Below the pieces are notes generated by a model. That model saw only the letters and a list, made by a program, of their open reading frames with translations, made no database searches and had not been told where the DNA came from. The position numbers and the translations under genes were made by a program. A stretch of 47,396 bases of DNA from Nocardioides sp. (GTDB taxonomy: Bacteria > Actinomycetota > Actinomycetes > Propionibacteriales > Nocardioidaceae): contig JBEVFC010000288.1 of the NCBI GenBank assembly GCA_040512455.1, forward strand, positions 1 through 47,396, given 5' to 3'. Below are positions 1 through 8,412 of this stretch, piece after piece. Numbering within the stretch: position 1 is the first letter of the stretch; each line of letters starts with the position of its first letter.

Positions 1-2262
1 GAGAGCGTGGCTCTGCGAGCCGCGACCCAGCTTGCGGCGAACCTCATGCAGGTGTGTTCGGACCACACTCCCGAGGGCACCATCTGGCCGGTCGACGCCG
101 CGCTGCGCCCCGAGGGGACGGCCGGCCACCTGGTCCGCACCCTGGCCAGCCACCGCGGCTACTACGAGCGCTGGGCGAAGACCTGGGAGTTCCAGGCGCT
201 GCTCAAGGCCCGCCCGGTCGCGGGGGACATGGACCTGGGCCGGGAGTACCTCGCCATGGTCGCGCCCCTGGTCTGGTCGGCCGCCAGCCGTGACGGGTTC
301 GTCGGGGACGTCCAGGCGATGCGGCGCCGGGTGCTCCAGCATCTCCCCGCCCAGGAGGCCGAGCGCCAGCTCAAGCTCGGCTCGGGTGGCCTGCGTGACG
401 TCGAGTTCGCGGTCCAGCTGCTCCAGATGGTGCACGGCCGGGGCGACCCGAGCATCCAGGTGTCGACGACGTTGAGCGCGCTGGCCCGGCTGATCGAGGG
501 CGGGTACGTCGGGCGCGAGGACGGCCAGGCCATGCACGAGGCGTACGCGTTCCTGCGCCGGCTCGAGCACCGCATCCAGCTCTTCCAACTGCGCCGCACC
601 CACGTCGTACCCGACGACGACGAGGCGCTGCGCCGCCTGGGCCGCTCGCTGGGCCACCACAAGGACCCGGTCGTCGAGCTCGAGAAGGAGTGGCGGCATC
701 ACCGTCGCGAGGTGCGCCGGCTGCACGAGAAGCTGTTCTACCGGCCGCTGCTCAGCGCGGTCGCGCGGATCCCGGGGGAGGACGTGCGGCTGTCGCCCGA
801 GGCGGCGCGGGCCCGGCTCTCGGCGCTCGGCTACCAGGACCCGGCCGCGGCCCTGCGGCACCTCGAGGCGATGACCGCCGGCATCTCGCGGACCGCGGCG
901 ATCCAGCGCACCCTGCTGCCGGTGATGCTCGAGTGGTTCGCCGACGCCCCCGACCCGGACGCCGGCCTCTTCGGCTTCCGCCGGATCAGCGACGCGCTCG
1001 GCAGCACCCACTGGTACCTCGCGATGCTCCGCGACGAGGGCGAGGTGGCGGAACGGCTGGCCCGGGTGCTGGCCACGTCCCGCTACGCCACCGACCTGCT
1101 CCAGCGTGAGCCACAGGGGGTACGGGTGCTCGGCGGCGACCTCACGCCCCAGTCCTCCGAGTCCCTCACCAAGGAGATGCTGGCCGCTGCCGGTCGCAAG
1201 GAGTCCGCCGACGACCGGGTCCGCGCGGTCCGTGCCGTCCGCCGCCGGGAGCTGCTGCGGATCGCGGTCGGCGAGCTGGTCGGCGAGCTCGACGTCATCG
1301 CGGTCGGCGCCGGCCTGTCCAACCTCACCGACGCCACCCTCGAGGCGACGCTCACCGTGGCCGGCGAGACCGTCGCTGCACAGCGTGGCCTGGACGAGGC
1401 GCCCACCCGGATGGCGGTCATCGCGATGGGCCGCTACGGGGGGTTCGAGCTGTCCTACGGGTCCGACGCCGACGTGATGTTCGTGCACGACCCGGTGGAG
1501 GGCACCGACCCGCAGGTCGCGACGACGTACGCCGCGGCGGTGGCCAACGAGCTCCGCCGGATGCTCGCGATGCCGGCCTCCGACCCGCCGCTGGAGGTCG
1601 ACGCCGGCCTCCGCCCGGAGGGCAAGCAGGGCGCGCTGGTGCGCACCATCGACTCCTACGCCGCCTACTACGCCAAGTGGTCGCAGCCGTGGGAGTTCCA
1701 GGCCCTGCTGCGTGCCGACGCCGTGGTCGGCGACGAGGACCTCCGCCGGCGGTTCACCGAGCTGGTGGACCCGTTGCGCTTCCCGGAGCACGGCATCACC
1801 ACCGACGACATCACGGAGGTACGCCGCATCAAGGCGCGGGTGGACGACGAGCGGCTGCCCCGGGGAGCCGACCCGCACCTGCACCTGAAGCTCGGCCGCG
1901 GCGGTCTCGCCGACATCGAGTGGACGGTCCAGCTGCTCCAGATGCGGCACGCCGGGCAGCACCCGGGGCTGCGCACGCCGCGCACCCTGGACGCGCTCCG
2001 GGCCGCCGCCGAGGCCGAGCTGCTGGAGCCCGAGGACGCGCAGACCCTGGCCCGCGCCTGGCGGTCGGTGAGCGCGGTCCGCAACGCCGTCACGCTGGTG
2101 CGCGGCAAGCTCGCCGACCAGCTGCCGCGCGACACCCGCGAGCGCGCCGCGGTGGCCGCGGTGCTGGGCTACAAGCCGGGGGAGACCGACGCGATGCTCA
2201 ACGACTACCTGCGCACCACGCGGCGCGCGCACGCGGTCGTCGAGCGCGTCTTCTGGGGCTGA
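1..2262 (+). CDS. glnE: bifunctional glutamine synthetase adenylyltransferase/deadenylyltransferase (5'-truncated by window edge)
   Basis: Two NTase repeats (VDAALRPEG, WEFQALLKAR, LKLGSGGLRDVEF; second copy MGRYGGFELSYGSDAD, LRPEGKQG, KLGRGGLADIEW). The frame is open from position 1. Confidence 0.95.
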   Translation, partial: ESVALRAATQLAANLMQVCSDHTPEGTIWPVDAALRPEGTAGHLVRTLASHRGYYERWAKTWEFQALLKARPVAGDMDLGREYLAMVAPLVWSAASRDGFVGDVQAMRRRVLQHLPAQEAERQLKLGSGGLRDVEFAVQLLQMVHGRGDPSIQVSTTLSALARLIEGGYVGREDGQAMHEAYAFLRRLEHRIQLFQLRRTHVVPDDDEALRRLGRSLGHHKDPVVELEKEWRHHRREVRRLHEKLFYRPLLSAVARIPGEDVRLSPEAARARLSALGYQDPAAALRHLEAMTAGISRTAAIQRTLLPVMLEWFADAPDPDAGLFGFRRISDALGSTHWYLAMLRDEGEVAERLARVLATSRYATDLLQREPQGVRVLGGDLTPQSSESLTKEMLAAAGRKESADDRVRAVRAVRRRELLRIAVGELVGELDVIAVGAGLSNLTDATLEATLTVAGETVAAQRGLDEAPTRMAVIAMGRYGGFELSYGSDADVMFVHDPVEGTDPQVATTYAAAVANELRRMLAMPASDPPLEVDAGLRPEGKQGALVRTIDSYAAYYAKWSQPWEFQALLRADAVVGDEDLRRRFTELVDPLRFPEHGITTDDITEVRRIKARVDDERLPRGADPHLHLKLGRGGLADIEWTVQLLQMRHAGQHPGLRTPRTLDALRAAAEAELLEPEDAQTLARAWRSVSAVRNAVTLVRGKLADQLPRDTRERAAVAAVLGYKPGETDAMLNDYLRTTRRAHAVVERVFWG

Positions 2263-2348
2263 TCAACCGGCCCTCGCGGGAGTAGGCTGAAGGCCTTCCT
2301 CACTCCTGCGCCCCGGCCCTCGGCGCTCCACGTCGATGCTCGCCGAGG

Positions 2349-3419
2349 ATGGCCATGGACGCACCCCGATCGACCGCCGTGCTGGTGCGCCACCAGAGTG
2401 GCTACACCGACCTGGCGCGCGAGATCCGCGAGACCGACCTGCTCGACCGGCGGTACGCCTGGTACTGGTCGCGCATCACCCTCGCGGTGGTCGCGTTCGT
2501 CGCGGTGTGGGTCGGGCTGTTCTGGCTCGGCAACTCCTGGTTCCAGCTGCTCATCGCCGGATTCCTCGGGGTGCTCAGCACCCAGTTCGGGTTCCTCGGC
2601 CACGATGCCGCGCACCGACAGATCTTCCGTTCGGCGGCCTGGAACGACTGGACCGCCCGAGTGCTGGCCGGGGTGTTCGCCGGCCTGAGCTACGGCTGGT
2701 GGCGCGGCAAGCACAACAGGCACCACGCCGCGCCCAACCAGGAGGGCAGGGACCCGGACGTGGCCGCCGGCGCCATCGCGTTCACCGCCTCCGCGGCCGC
2801 GAAGCGCAGCGGCTTCACCCGGTGGGTGCTGCTTCGCCAGGGCTGGCTGTTCTTCCCGCTGCTCACCCTCGAGGGAATCAACCTGCACATCGCCAGCGTC
2901 CGCACGCTGCTGACGCGTGGGTCCGTCCCGCACCAGCGTCTCGAGGCGGCGCTGGTGGTGGTGCGGCTGGTCGCGTTCGTGGTGGTGCTGCTCCTGGTGC
3001 TGCCGCTCGGCAAGGCCTCGGCGTTCCTCGCCCTCGAGCTGGCGGTCTTCGGACTGTGCCTGGGCACGTCGTTCGCCCCGAACCACAAGGGCATGCCGAT
3101 CGTGCCGCCCGGGGGCCGGCCGGACTTCCTGTCGCGGCAGGTGCTGATGTCCCGCAACGTCCGCGGCGGCCCGCTGGTGGATCTGGCCATGGGCGGCCTG
3201 AACTACCAGATCGAGCACCATCTGTTCCCGAGCATGCCGCGGCCGAACCTCCGCCGCGCGCAGCCCCTCGTCCGGGCTCACTGCGAGCGCCTCGGGGTGA
3301 GCTACGCGGAGGTCGGGCTGGTGGAGTCGTGGGGGATCGTGGTCCGCCACCTCAACGCCGTCGGACTGCGTGCCGAGGACACCTTCGCCTGTCCGATGGT
3401 GCAGCTGGCGCGCGCCTGA
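2349..3419 (+). CDS. membrane fatty-acid (acyl-CoA/acyl-lipid) desaturase
   Basis: Three His boxes (HDAAH, HNRHH, QIEHH) and TM helices. Confidence 0.92.
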   Translation: MAMDAPRSTAVLVRHQSGYTDLAREIRETDLLDRRYAWYWSRITLAVVAFVAVWVGLFWLGNSWFQLLIAGFLGVLSTQFGFLGHDAAHRQIFRSAAWNDWTARVLAGVFAGLSYGWWRGKHNRHHAAPNQEGRDPDVAAGAIAFTASAAAKRSGFTRWVLLRQGWLFFPLLTLEGINLHIASVRTLLTRGSVPHQRLEAALVVVRLVAFVVVLLLVLPLGKASAFLALELAVFGLCLGTSFAPNHKGMPIVPPGGRPDFLSRQVLMSRNVRGGPLVDLAMGGLNYQIEHHLFPSMPRPNLRRAQPLVRAHCERLGVSYAEVGLVESWGIVVRHLNAVGLRAEDTFACPMVQLARA

Positions 3420-3453
3420 GGCGACGTACGTCGACCACTTGCCGCGTCTGCGA

Positions 3454-3473
3454 GGATCGGTTGCGACCGATCC
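3454..3473. other. intergenic hairpin (possible terminator or leader structure)
   Basis: GGATCGGT-tgcg-ACCGATCC, 8-bp perfect stem between the desaturase and the next gene. No U-tract. Confidence 0.4.
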
Positions 3474-3497
3474 ACCGACCACCACCGGGAGCGAGAC

Positions 3498-4280
3498 ATG
3501 GCCGACGAGAAGACCGTTGCGAAGGGTGCCGAGCTGCTCCGCCTGCACCAGGACCCGTCGCTGCTGACGGTGGTGAACGTGTGGGACGTGATCAGCGCGC
3601 GAGTCGTCGCCGGCACCGAGGGCACCACGGCGCTCGCCACGGCGAGCCACTCGATCGCGGCCTCGCTGGGCTACGAGGACGGCGAGAACATCCCGGTCGA
3701 CCTGATGCTCGAGGCGGTCGGGCGGATCGTGAAGGCCACCGACCTGCCGGTGACCGCGGACCTCGAGGGCGGGTACGGCAACGCCCCGGAGACGGTCCGG
3801 CGCGCGATCGGGCTGGGCGTCGTCGGCGCCAACATCGAGGACCAGATGAAGCCGCTCGCCGAGGCGGCCGGTCAGGTCGAGGCGATCATGAAGGTCGCCG
3901 AGCAGGAGGGTGTCGACTTCGTGCTCAACGCCCGCACCGACGCGTTCCACCTCGGGCGCGACAAGGACCCGGCCGAGAACCTGAAGGAGGCCGTCACCCG
4001 CGGCAAGGCGTACCTCGATGCCGGAGCCCCCGTGGTCTTCGTGCCCGCCCGGCTGAAGGAGGACGCGGTGCAGACGCTCGTGGACGCCTTCGGCCCGCAG
4101 CGGCTGACGCTGATCGCGATCCCCGGCAACCCGCCGGCGGCCCGGCTCGAGGAGCTCGGGGTCGCCCGGGTCTCGTTCGGCCCGCTGTCGCAGAACGTCG
4201 CCCTCACCGCCCTCCAGGAGCTCGTCGAGGAGGCACTGCGCGGCGGCGGGGTGCCGAAGAACCTGCGCATCCTGAACTGA
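3498..4280 (+). CDS. isocitrate lyase/PEP mutase family protein
   Basis: NVWDVISAR, ATASHSIAASLGYEDGE, PVTADLEGGYG, GANIEDQ, LNARTD motifs. Confidence 0.9.
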   Translation: MADEKTVAKGAELLRLHQDPSLLTVVNVWDVISARVVAGTEGTTALATASHSIAASLGYEDGENIPVDLMLEAVGRIVKATDLPVTADLEGGYGNAPETVRRAIGLGVVGANIEDQMKPLAEAAGQVEAIMKVAEQEGVDFVLNARTDAFHLGRDKDPAENLKEAVTRGKAYLDAGAPVVFVPARLKEDAVQTLVDAFGPQRLTLIAIPGNPPAARLEELGVARVSFGPLSQNVALTALQELVEEALRGGGVPKNLRILN

Positions 4281-4334
4281 GTCCCGGGGCAGGCGCCCTG
4301 CGCCGGCCGACGTGGCGACTGGCATCATGACGCC

Positions 4335-5039
4335 ATGCGTCCGGGGACCTCGTTGCGGTGGCCACGCGCCCTCGCGCTGGCGGCGGTCGCGACGACCACC
4401 GGTGTCGCCGCCCACGGGTACGCCGACGGGCTGCTGCCCTCGGTCCCGGTCCTGGTGTCCATCTTCGCGCTCTGCACCGCGGGGGTGGCCGCCCTGCTCG
4501 GCGGCCCGGCCTCCACGCTCCGGGTGGTGCTGCTGACCGTCGGCGGCCAGACCTTCATCCACGCGGCCCTCACGATGACGGCCGGCCACGCCGGTGACCG
4601 GCCGGTCGCGACCCCCGCGCGGGTGGCGCCGCCGCTCCCGGTCGACGCCGGCGGTGGCCGACGGACCGGGTCCCTGCTCGACCAGTACACCGCCGCCCAG
4701 CCGGCCGCCGACACCGAGCTGGTGCTGCCCGTGGGGGTCCGCCACCTGGTGGCCGACCTGACCGGAGCGCACGCCCCGATGATGGTCGTCCACCTGCTCG
4801 CTGCCGCCCTGGTCGGGCTGTGGCTGGCCGTGGGGGAGCAGGCCCTGTGGGCGCTGGTCGCCCTCGCCGCCGGAGCCGTCGTACCCCGCCTCGGGCTGCT
4901 GCTCGCCGCCGTCCTGGCCCGTCCCCACCTCCCGCGCACCGTTCCGGTCGCGGCCGTGCGCCCGCCCGCTCCGCCGCGGCTCGCCGTCCTCGCACGGTGC
5001 GTCGTACGCCGCGGGCCGCCGGCTCTCCTCGCCGCCTGA
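4335..5039 (+). CDS. membrane protein with His/Met residues in TM segments and a C-terminal RRGPP arrest-like motif
   Basis: Several hydrophobic helices (AAHG, FIH, MMVVH). Ends VVRRGPPALLAA. Lies upstream of the PepSY-TM gene. Confidence 0.75.
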   Translation: MRPGTSLRWPRALALAAVATTTGVAAHGYADGLLPSVPVLVSIFALCTAGVAALLGGPASTLRVVLLTVGGQTFIHAALTMTAGHAGDRPVATPARVAPPLPVDAGGGRRTGSLLDQYTAAQPAADTELVLPVGVRHLVADLTGAHAPMMVVHLLAAALVGLWLAVGEQALWALVALAAGAVVPRLGLLLAAVLARPHLPRTVPVAAVRPPAPPRLAVLARCVVRRGPPALLAA

Positions 5040-5150
5040 CCGACCCCGAGGGAGGGGCCGGTCCGCGGCAGCGCGCACCACCCGCGACCACGCGGCGCCT
5101 CGGCGTACCCGCGTGCAGTCGCGCTTCCCGCGACCCCTCGAGGAGAGACC
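5021..5150 (+). promoter_or_regulatory. putative SD-sequestering stem controlling PepSY-TM translation
   Basis: CTCTCCTCG (5023-5031) is the exact reverse complement of CGAGGAGAG (5139-5147, SD of the ATG at 5152). A nested stem 5053-5060/5131-5138 has one mismatch. Confidence 0.6.
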
Positions 5151-5151
5151 C

Positions 5152-6552
5152 ATGACCGACCTCCGCACGCCCAGCCGTGCCCGCACCACCACCGCCCGCC
5201 GTCCAGGCCTGTTCCGCGCGTTCTGGCGGTGGCACTTCTACGCCAGCTTCCTCGTCGCCCCGGTGCTGCTGGTGCTGGCCACCACCGGGCTGATCTACCT
5301 GTTCCGCTTCCAGCTCGAACCGCTGCTGACCCCCGAGCTGCTCACGGCCGAGGCGCCGTCGGAGAGCACCATCGCCCAGCCGTACGCCGCGCAGCTCGTC
5401 GCCGTCGAGCGCGCGTTCCCCGACGCCACGGTGCTGTCGATGGCCGAACCGCGCGAGGACGGCCGCCCGACGGTGTTCTCCGTGGTCACCGCAGCGGGCG
5501 AGGGCCGCGACGTCTACGTCAACCCGTACGGCGCGGAGGTGCTCGGCTCCCAGGACCCGGACGGCACCCTGTCCGGCACCGCGGTCCGGCTGCATGCCGA
5601 CCTGATGTCCGGCACGGTCGGAGACCGGGTGATGGAGCTCGGTGCCTGCTGGGCGATCGTGATGGCGCTGACCGGCTACTACCTGTTCTCCCGGGGGCGG
5701 CGGGCCCGGCGCCGGAGCCGTGCGGCCGGGGCGAGGCTGCGCTCGCGGCACGCCGCGGTCGGCTCCGTGGTGGGGCTCGGGCTGCTGCTGCTGCTGGTCT
5801 CCGGGCTGCCGTGGACCGGGGTGTGGGGCGCCAAGGCCCAGGAGCTCGCGTCCGGCCGGGGCTCGTCGCTGTGGAGCACCGACCCGGGGGCCGCGTCCGA
5901 CCCGGCATCGACGCTCGACGAGTCGCTGCCGCACAGCCACGCGCACGAGGTGCCGTGGGCGCAGGGCGACACGGAGGTGCCGTCGTCCAGCGGCGCGGGA
6001 CACGACGGCAGCGTCGCCAACCTCGACACCGCGATCGAGATCGCCTCGGACGAGGGGCTCCGGCACCCGATGACGGTGGCGCTGCCGGCGTCCGAGGACG
6101 GCGTGTTCTCGGTGATCGGCTACGCGTTCGACGCGCCGTCTGACGAGCGGACCGTCCACGTCGACCGGTACGGGGGCGAGGTGGTCTCGACGTACGGCTA
6201 CGACGACTACCCGGCGCTGGCGAAGGTGGTGAGCCAGGGCATCGGCCTGCACGAGGGTCGCAGCCTCGGGCTCTGGTCGTTCTGGGGGTCGACGCTGATG
6301 TGCCTCGCCGTCATCTTCTCCTGCGTGACGGGGCCGCTGATGTGGTGGCGACGGCGCCCGACCCGCGCCGGCTCGATGGCAGCGCCCCGCGGCCGGATGC
6401 CGCTGCGGTCGTCGCCGCCGCTCGTGATCGGCCTGGTGGCGCTGGGCGTGTGCCTGCCGCTGTTCGGCTTCTCGGTGCTGGTCATCCTGGCGCTGGACCA
6501 GCTCGTCGTACGTCGGGTGCCGGTGCTGGCGGGCTGGTTCGACGCCGCCTAG
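5152..6552 (+). CDS. PepSY-associated TM helix domain protein (iron-regulated membrane protein-like)
   Basis: WRWHFYA, VYVNPY, RLHADL, RHAAVG, SGLPWT, GLHEG motifs. SD AGGAGA precedes ATG 5152. Confidence 0.9.
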   Translation: MTDLRTPSRARTTTARRPGLFRAFWRWHFYASFLVAPVLLVLATTGLIYLFRFQLEPLLTPELLTAEAPSESTIAQPYAAQLVAVERAFPDATVLSMAEPREDGRPTVFSVVTAAGEGRDVYVNPYGAEVLGSQDPDGTLSGTAVRLHADLMSGTVGDRVMELGACWAIVMALTGYYLFSRGRRARRRSRAAGARLRSRHAAVGSVVGLGLLLLLVSGLPWTGVWGAKAQELASGRGSSLWSTDPGAASDPASTLDESLPHSHAHEVPWAQGDTEVPSSSGAGHDGSVANLDTAIEIASDEGLRHPMTVALPASEDGVFSVIGYAFDAPSDERTVHVDRYGGEVVSTYGYDDYPALAKVVSQGIGLHEGRSLGLWSFWGSTLMCLAVIFSCVTGPLMWWRRRPTRAGSMAAPRGRMPLRSSPPLVIGLVALGVCLPLFGFSVLVILALDQLVVRRVPVLAGWFDAA

Positions 6553-6688
6553 CGCCGGGGTGTCGTCGGTCGAGCGAGTCGTCCCGGAACAGGTGGCTCG
6601 GAGACGGCACGACAGGGAGGCGGAGCGGTAACGTTGACGGCAGGACAATACTCATCTCGCCACCCCGGATCCCGGTGGCCCGAGCCGG

Positions 6689-7441
6689 GTGGTGACGGTG
6701 GTGGAGCGCGAGCCTCTGGACCGCTACGAGCGGGCCCGGACGCTGGTCAGGACAGCGGAGCCCGAGGTGCTCCGCACCGGGATCGCCGGTGTGCTGGACC
6801 GGGTGTGCACGGCCGCGACCGGCGAGGTCCGGCTCTTCGGTGCGTCGGTGCACCTGATGAGTGGCGCGGGCCACGAGGGAGTGGCCGCCTGTTCGGACCA
6901 GCGGGCGCTGGAGTGGGGCGAGGTGGCCTTCACCGCGGGCGAGGGCCCGTGCCTCGATGCCTGGCGGAACCGGGGCCCGGTGCTGGTCCCGGACCTGGCC
7001 GCGCAGCAGGAGAGGTGGCCGGGGTACTCCACCACGCTCCTCGGCAGCGGAGTCGGCTGCGTGCTGGCGTTCCCGCTCTCGATCGGTGAGGTCGACCTCG
7101 GCGTCCTCGAGGGGTACGACGCGCCGCGCTGCAGCGTCGACACCGGGACGACGGGGATGATGTCGGCGTTCGCACGCGTCGCCACCGAGGCCCTGCTCGA
7201 CGGTCCCGCTGCGGACGGCTCGATGGTGAACGGCTCCAGTGCGAGCCAGCTCTCGGCAGCGCTCGAGCACCGGATCGAGATCCACCAGGCCCAGGGAATG
7301 GTGATGGTCTCCCTCGGGGTGACCCTGCCCGACGCACTGGTCAGGATGCGCGCCCACGCGTTCGCATCCGACGTACCCCTGCTCGTCCTCGCGCAGGACG
7401 TCGTCACCCGGAGAGCGGACCCACGTGAGTGGACCACATGA
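6689..7441 (+). CDS. GAF and ANTAR domain protein
   Basis: GAF motif GEGPCLDA, WPGY, LAFPL. ANTAR motif IHQAQGMVM...DALVRMRAHA. Confidence 0.88.
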   Translation: MVTVVEREPLDRYERARTLVRTAEPEVLRTGIAGVLDRVCTAATGEVRLFGASVHLMSGAGHEGVAACSDQRALEWGEVAFTAGEGPCLDAWRNRGPVLVPDLAAQQERWPGYSTTLLGSGVGCVLAFPLSIGEVDLGVLEGYDAPRCSVDTGTTGMMSAFARVATEALLDGPAADGSMVNGSSASQLSAALEHRIEIHQAQGMVMVSLGVTLPDALVRMRAHAFASDVPLLVLAQDVVTRRADPREWTT

Positions 7442-7489
7442 CTGCCCGATCCGCCGCGAGCGCGACATACTTGAGGTGGGAGAGGACTG

Positions 7490-8233
7490 GTGACCATGAT
7501 CGCCATTGAGAGGCTGGCCGATGTGTTCGTCGACGTCGCGGACACGTTGGTGACCGACTTCGACCTGATCGACTTCCTGCACACGGTCGCCGGTCACGCC
7601 GCCGAGATCACCGGCACCGCCGCGGTCGGGCTGATGCTGGCCGACAGCAACGGGCGGCTGCACTACATGGCGGCCTCGAGCGAGAGCGCGCGGCTGCTGG
7701 AGCTGCTGCAGCTCCAGAACTCCGAGGGTCCGTGCCTCGAGTGCTTCAACTCCGGCGAGCCCGTTGCGCAGCCGGACCTCCGGGCGGCGTACGACCGCTG
7801 GCCCGTGTTCGCTCGGCGAGCGGTGGCGTCCGGGGTCCTCGCGGTGCACGCCCTGCCGATGCGTCTGCGGGACACGGTGATCGGTGCCCTGAACGTCTTC
7901 CAGTCGGAGAGCGTCGCGCTGCCCGCGGAGGACCAGCGGGTGCTGCGGGCGCTGGCCGACCTCGCGACGATCGCGATCATCCAGGAGCGGGCGATGGCCC
8001 GCGCCGAGCTGCTCAACGAGCAGCTGCAGTCCGCGCTGACCAGCCGGATCGTGATCGAGCAGGCGAAGGGTGCGATCGCCCAGACGTACGGCGTCAGCGT
8101 GGAGCGGGCCTTCGAGATGCTGCGCGGCCACGCCCGGTCCCACCAGCTGCGCCTCTCGGAGCTGGCGCACACCATCGTGACGCAGCCGGGTGCCGCCGCG
8201 ATACTGAGGGACCCGGGCGCGCCGCGCTCCTGA
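7490..8233 (+). CDS. GAF and ANTAR domain protein
   Basis: EGPCLEC, RWPVF, ALPMRLR. ANTAR motif ALTSRIVIEQAKG...AFEMLRGHAR. Confidence 0.93.
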   Translation: MTMIAIERLADVFVDVADTLVTDFDLIDFLHTVAGHAAEITGTAAVGLMLADSNGRLHYMAASSESARLLELLQLQNSEGPCLECFNSGEPVAQPDLRAAYDRWPVFARRAVASGVLAVHALPMRLRDTVIGALNVFQSESVALPAEDQRVLRALADLATIAIIQERAMARAELLNEQLQSALTSRIVIEQAKGAIAQTYGVSVERAFEMLRGHARSHQLRLSELAHTIVTQPGAAAILRDPGAPRS

Positions 8234-8260
8234 GCCGGCAACGGCCTCGAACCGCATGTG

Positions 8261-8367
8261 GATGGGCACTTCTGGTGGTTGTCAGGGGTTGCAGTGCCCG
8301 TCAACCACGGGTTTCCCCGGCCGGCCGGGGAAACCAACGTCCCCCCGCCGGCCAGACCAACGTCCCC
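8261..8367. repeat. structured intergenic element: hairpin, 26-bp perfect palindrome and 12-bp direct repeat
   Basis: GATGGGCACT(8261-70)/AGTGCCCGTC(8293-302); GGTTTCCCCGGCCGGCCGGGGAAACC (8310-8335); ACCAACGTCCCC at 8333 and 8356. Confidence 0.7.
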
Positions 8368-8412
8368 GGCGCGCTCCGACCGGATCGCGACGGCGTGCGG
8401 CACAGTGGGGCC

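Noticed and set aside
2205-5192. Very long antisense and alternative-frame ORFs (995 aa here; also 16001-18844, 19383-22307, 38763-41702, 43031-45889)
   Set aside because: Typical shadow ORFs of high-GC DNA. They lie opposite well-supported genes and have no recognisable motifs.
8235-8250. Possible ANTAR target hexaloop (GCC-GGCAAC-GGC)
   Set aside because: The loop lacks the A1/G4 pattern and no properly spaced second hairpin was found.
7732-8412. N-terminal extension of the PLD ORF
   Set aside because: It overlaps the ANTAR gene out of frame and is low-complexity. PLD-like sequence starts at 8413.
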